A stretch of 25,058 nucleotides of DNA from Psammoneis japonica. Its lineage: Eukaryota. Every line of letters begins with the position of its first letter. Position 1 is the stretch's first letter. The position numbers were made by a program, and so were the translations under genes. Of the stretch, positions 21,420 to 25,058 are shown piece after piece. The notes below the pieces were generated by a model. That model ran no database searches and was not told the DNA's origin. It saw only the letters and a program-made list of their open reading frames with translations. The stretch lies in NCBI GenBank assembly GCA_008632985.1, contig QPGO01000257.1, forward strand, positions 62,001-87,058. Reading direction: 5' to 3'.

Positions 21420-21825
21420 GAGTCAAGTCAATTTTTGCAACAACTGTGAGCAAACTGCTAGTGGCAGTTTCAGTAGATTCTACGAAGAGCCATAAGTAAT
21501 TTTGGCGTTTTCCGTGAGGGGTCATTTTCGAAAGATTCCTACCATGTCCTCCTCTGGAGAGGTGACGGAGACCGGCTGTCATCAACGGCCGGCTTCCGGA
21601 TGGCATTTATGGGGTCATCTCAGAAATGACTTGAAAACCGATCAATAAACACAAGATGACCTCTGGGCAATAGAAATCTAATAAGTCATTGCCAATGGCA
21701 TTTTCGGAAATACTCTAAACGAACACTCTTCACACACTTTTTATGTTGTGCAGCTTTGGCAAGAGCGAATTACAAAATGAGTTCGCATCTGCTTTAGAGC
21801 GACAAGGATAGCTACTACCGGCATC

Positions 21826-24460
21826 ATGATGAACCGTTCCAGCGAGTTCTGCGAGTTTGACAAAGACGATGACCACCAAGACTTGTGCGACATGTCCGGT
21901 GGCGGCGATATAATCATGAGCCGTATGGACGAAGACGGAGAAGAAACCAAGAAGAACCATGGGATGGAGGATCATCCTGGCACTAGCACGACAAAGCAGA
22001 TATGGCGGGCCGCTCTTGGCAGCCAGCAGCTAAAGCACCGAGAGGTTGAAGAGTTGAATGTAGAAGAAGAACAACAACAACAACTTCAGACAATTGCAGA
22101 AGCTGCAGACAACACTCTGATTGTTTCCCATGCCGCACTCATTGATACGAGTGGCTCAGGCACTGCCTCGGCTGGGGCCTTTGCTGTTGGTCGCGCAGGG
22201 CGACTAGTTCGACGCGAGAGAAATACTGATGCTGATTCTCAATTTTCTGAAATCGAAACTGTACGCTCCGATCATAGTGATGCCCTTTTGACACCTCCAC
22301 AGACGCAGCCTGAAAGTAGCGACGGCAACGTACTCATCGAAGCACATCTCGCCGAACCAGGGGGGATCTTGAGGTACGGGTTGCCCGTCTCGAAGAAGGG
22401 ATTCGAAATGCAGAAGTTGCCCAAGTTGTAGATGACTCACATGAGGAGAGCACTAACAAGAAGCAGCTCGTGTTGAAGAAACGACGCTTGTCGAAGGTGA
22501 TAGCGACGAAGATATCAGGCGGAAGCGTCGCCTTCGATGCATCATTATTCTAGGGATTGTGGTGATCATTGCGGCGATTGTAGGTATAACCGTCGGACTC
22601 CTTTCTGGCGGCTCAGGCAGTGGCCCAACCAGAGTGACCAAAAATGCAAGCGGGTTGGTTATGAGTTTGGTTGGCATGGACACGGAATTTGATACCGTCG
22701 ACACGGACTTGTGGACCGCAACAACGGAGCTATTTGTAGAAGATTTCTACAACACCCGTCGTCGTCGTCGTGGCTTGAGTACTTTGCTTCGGGTTTTACA
22801 AGTGTCGAATATACAAAATATGGAGACGACCCTCAGCGTTACCAAGACCAGTGTAGTCCGAAACGGCAATGGCACCAATTCATCTCTACAAGTAATATAC
22901 AACCAAGCCGTTACGTATACTCCCGGCCAGAACAACCACGAAGTGTCCATGGATGAGTTGGCGACCGAGCCATTCGAAACATCTGCTAGGAGATTGGCCT
23001 ACGTGGAGGACCTTCGGACGGCAGCGACAAAAGCGGGAAATGGTATTTTTGAGAAATTGGTTACTACTAGCGAAGTCACAACTTCAGCAAGAGTGCCAAC
23101 ACCGTTACCCATGACAAGTTCCCCGGCAAGTGAGTCTTCAACGATAGACCCGGACTCGCCACCGTCTACTCCGGTTCCAACGACATCGCGCCCTACCTTG
23201 AATCCTACTCCACCCCGTGCTACGCAAGCTCCGACAAGCAATCCGAATGATTTGATTCCAAATGGTCCGTGGCAACCATTTGGACAAGTCTTGCATGGCA
23301 AAGCTGGAAGCGATTACTTTGGTAAATCCGTCTCCTTGTCACGTGATGGAATGGTCATGGCGGTAGGTGCAGAGCAATCTTCCAGCAATCCCGGCTATGT
23401 TTTTGTCCACAAATACGATCAAGCTACTCGGCAATGGTCACGCATTGGACAAGAATTGATTGGGCAAGCCAGAGGTGACAATTTTGGTACTTCCTTATCT
23501 CTCAATGGTGACGGAACGATCCTCGCGGTTGGGGCTGACCAGCATGACAGTGATAGTACAAAAAATACAGGTTATGTCCAAATTTTTGAATACAACTCTT
23601 CTTCAGATTGGTGGGTCCAACTTGGCAACGTCATCCCCGGACAAGCTGCTGGTGATTGGTTTGGTCATTCCATTTCGCTGTCGGGCGAGGGAGACACCGT
23701 AGCTGTCGGAGCCTGGGGTGAAAACACGGCAAATGGCAATGATTCCGGGTCGGTGCGGTGTTTTCAACTTATACGCAGTAAGGCATCTTGGGACAAACTT
23801 GGACAAACCCTGATTGGTCAAGCCGAGGATGATGACTTTGGCATTTCCGTGTCCTTGAGTCACTCAGGCACGGTTGTTGCCGCTGGAGCAGATGAAAGCG
23901 ACATAGGTGGAAGCAGTGCAGGTCAAGTATCGGTGTTTGAATGTGATTCTTTGTCATCAAGGTGGGATTCATTGGGCGATCCAATCAATGGACAAAATAT
24001 ACCTGGCTATTTTGGAGCTTCTGTTTCGCTTGATGACGGTGGTTTGATAGTGGCGGTGGGTGCACCAGGAGAAGATGAGAGGGTGCTTGTTTATGAGCAT
24101 CATAGGGACACGTCGACATGGAGTCAACGAGGCCAAACTCTTTTAACAAAACAGCCTGATGATGATTTTGGTTGGTCAGTGTCATTGAGCGGAAATGGAA
24201 GTGTCATGGCTGTTGGAAGTTGGGAGCATGACGTTGATGGGTTGACCAACGCGGGTCAAGTCAGAATCTTTCAATTCGACATCACCACAAATGAATGGGA
24301 TCAAGTTGGGGATCCTTTGAATGGCGCGGCTGAATGGGATGAATTTGGGGTGTCTGTGTCCTTGTCAGCTGACGGAAGCATTGTTGGAGCTGGCGCAATG
24401 TTCACGGATGCCAATGGAGAGGATTCTGGATCTGTTCATACATTTGCAATCAACAAGTGA
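21826..24460 (+). CDS. Type II single-pass membrane protein with P/T/S-rich stalk and 7-bladed FG-GAP (integrin-alpha-like) beta-propeller; reading frame discontinuous at 22360-22460
   Basis: Acidic, disordered N-terminus (with GAFAV), RRKRR plus TM IIILGIVVIIAAIVGITVGLL, a PTPLP..APTS linker, and seven FG.SVSLS.DG...AVGA repeats. Confidence 0.85.
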
Positions 24461-24589
24461 ACAACTTTAGCCCTTTCCATCTTTGCCATGTACGGCAGTT
24501 GCTTCGTGCACCACTGCGGGTGTGGCATGAAGAAAAAACAGCTTTTTCGAACAATGTAATTAGGATGACTGAATTTACCAGTGTGTGCA

Positions 24590-25058
24590 CCATCATGGAG
24601 CATTTCTGCGAAACGGGGCGTCACGTGATTTTGTCACTTTGTTGATTCATGCTGGCTCCTGCTTTGACATTTGTGGCAATGCGAGACCCAACACCAGGCT
24701 GTCCACATGCCCTGTGGAGACTCTCAATTGTTCAGTCTTGGAGCAGACACCCCCAAAAATTCCTCTGGTCAAATCACCAAGCTGTTGCTTCTGCAGCAAT
24801 CTCTTGTGGGGACCACAGCAGCTCCCATCTCGGTGGCCTGCCAGCTCCTTCCACACTCACTTGCACTTTGGCTCTGAAACCATGAAACAACACAGCTGCT
24901 CTTGACCCACCCACTTTGTGCGGAGCATGCTGCCACTGTGTGGGGGCTGCAACTGGCCATTTAAAAATTTTTCATTTGGGAGACCCAAGCGCTCTTTGCT
25001 GTGGTTCAGCTGGGGCTGTCGTTTTTGCTGCTGTGAGCAATTTTTTGCGCCAAAGCCT
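24590..25058. repeat. Start of another TpA-depleted, unclassified repeat region
   Basis: Only one TA (TTTAAA at ~24961) in ~470 bp; CA/TG-rich; no recognisable protein. Confidence 0.6.

Overview
This is eukaryotic genomic DNA, most likely from a pennate diatom (inferred from the gene families, RRL-type motifs, short GT-AG introns and TE types). Two host genes flank a ~17.7 kb nest of repeats: a 3-exon class C (GABA-B-like) GPCR (360-3173, minus) and a type II membrane protein with a 7-bladed FG-GAP propeller (21826-24460, plus). The nest holds a full-length Ty3/Gypsy LTR retrotransposon (13185-18486, GACA TSD), two 3' pieces of an RNase H-bearing LINE, a RAG1/Transib-like transposase relic, a 396-bp MITE, tandem and inverted repeats, and a pseudogenised paralog of the FG-GAP gene. 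The main signal is mutational: across the nest almost every TpA dinucleotide has become TpG or CpA (A>G at TpA, on both strands). Tyr codons are erased, including the RT YxDD motif (now HLDD). The two LTRs differ mainly by reciprocal CA/TG doublets, the duplicated host-gene fragment is hit as well, and the damage appears to leak into a flanking gene. This resembles a RIP-like genome-defence hypermutation of opposite polarity to fungal RIP (CpA>TpA). All counts were made by eye, and novelty is not verified against the literature.
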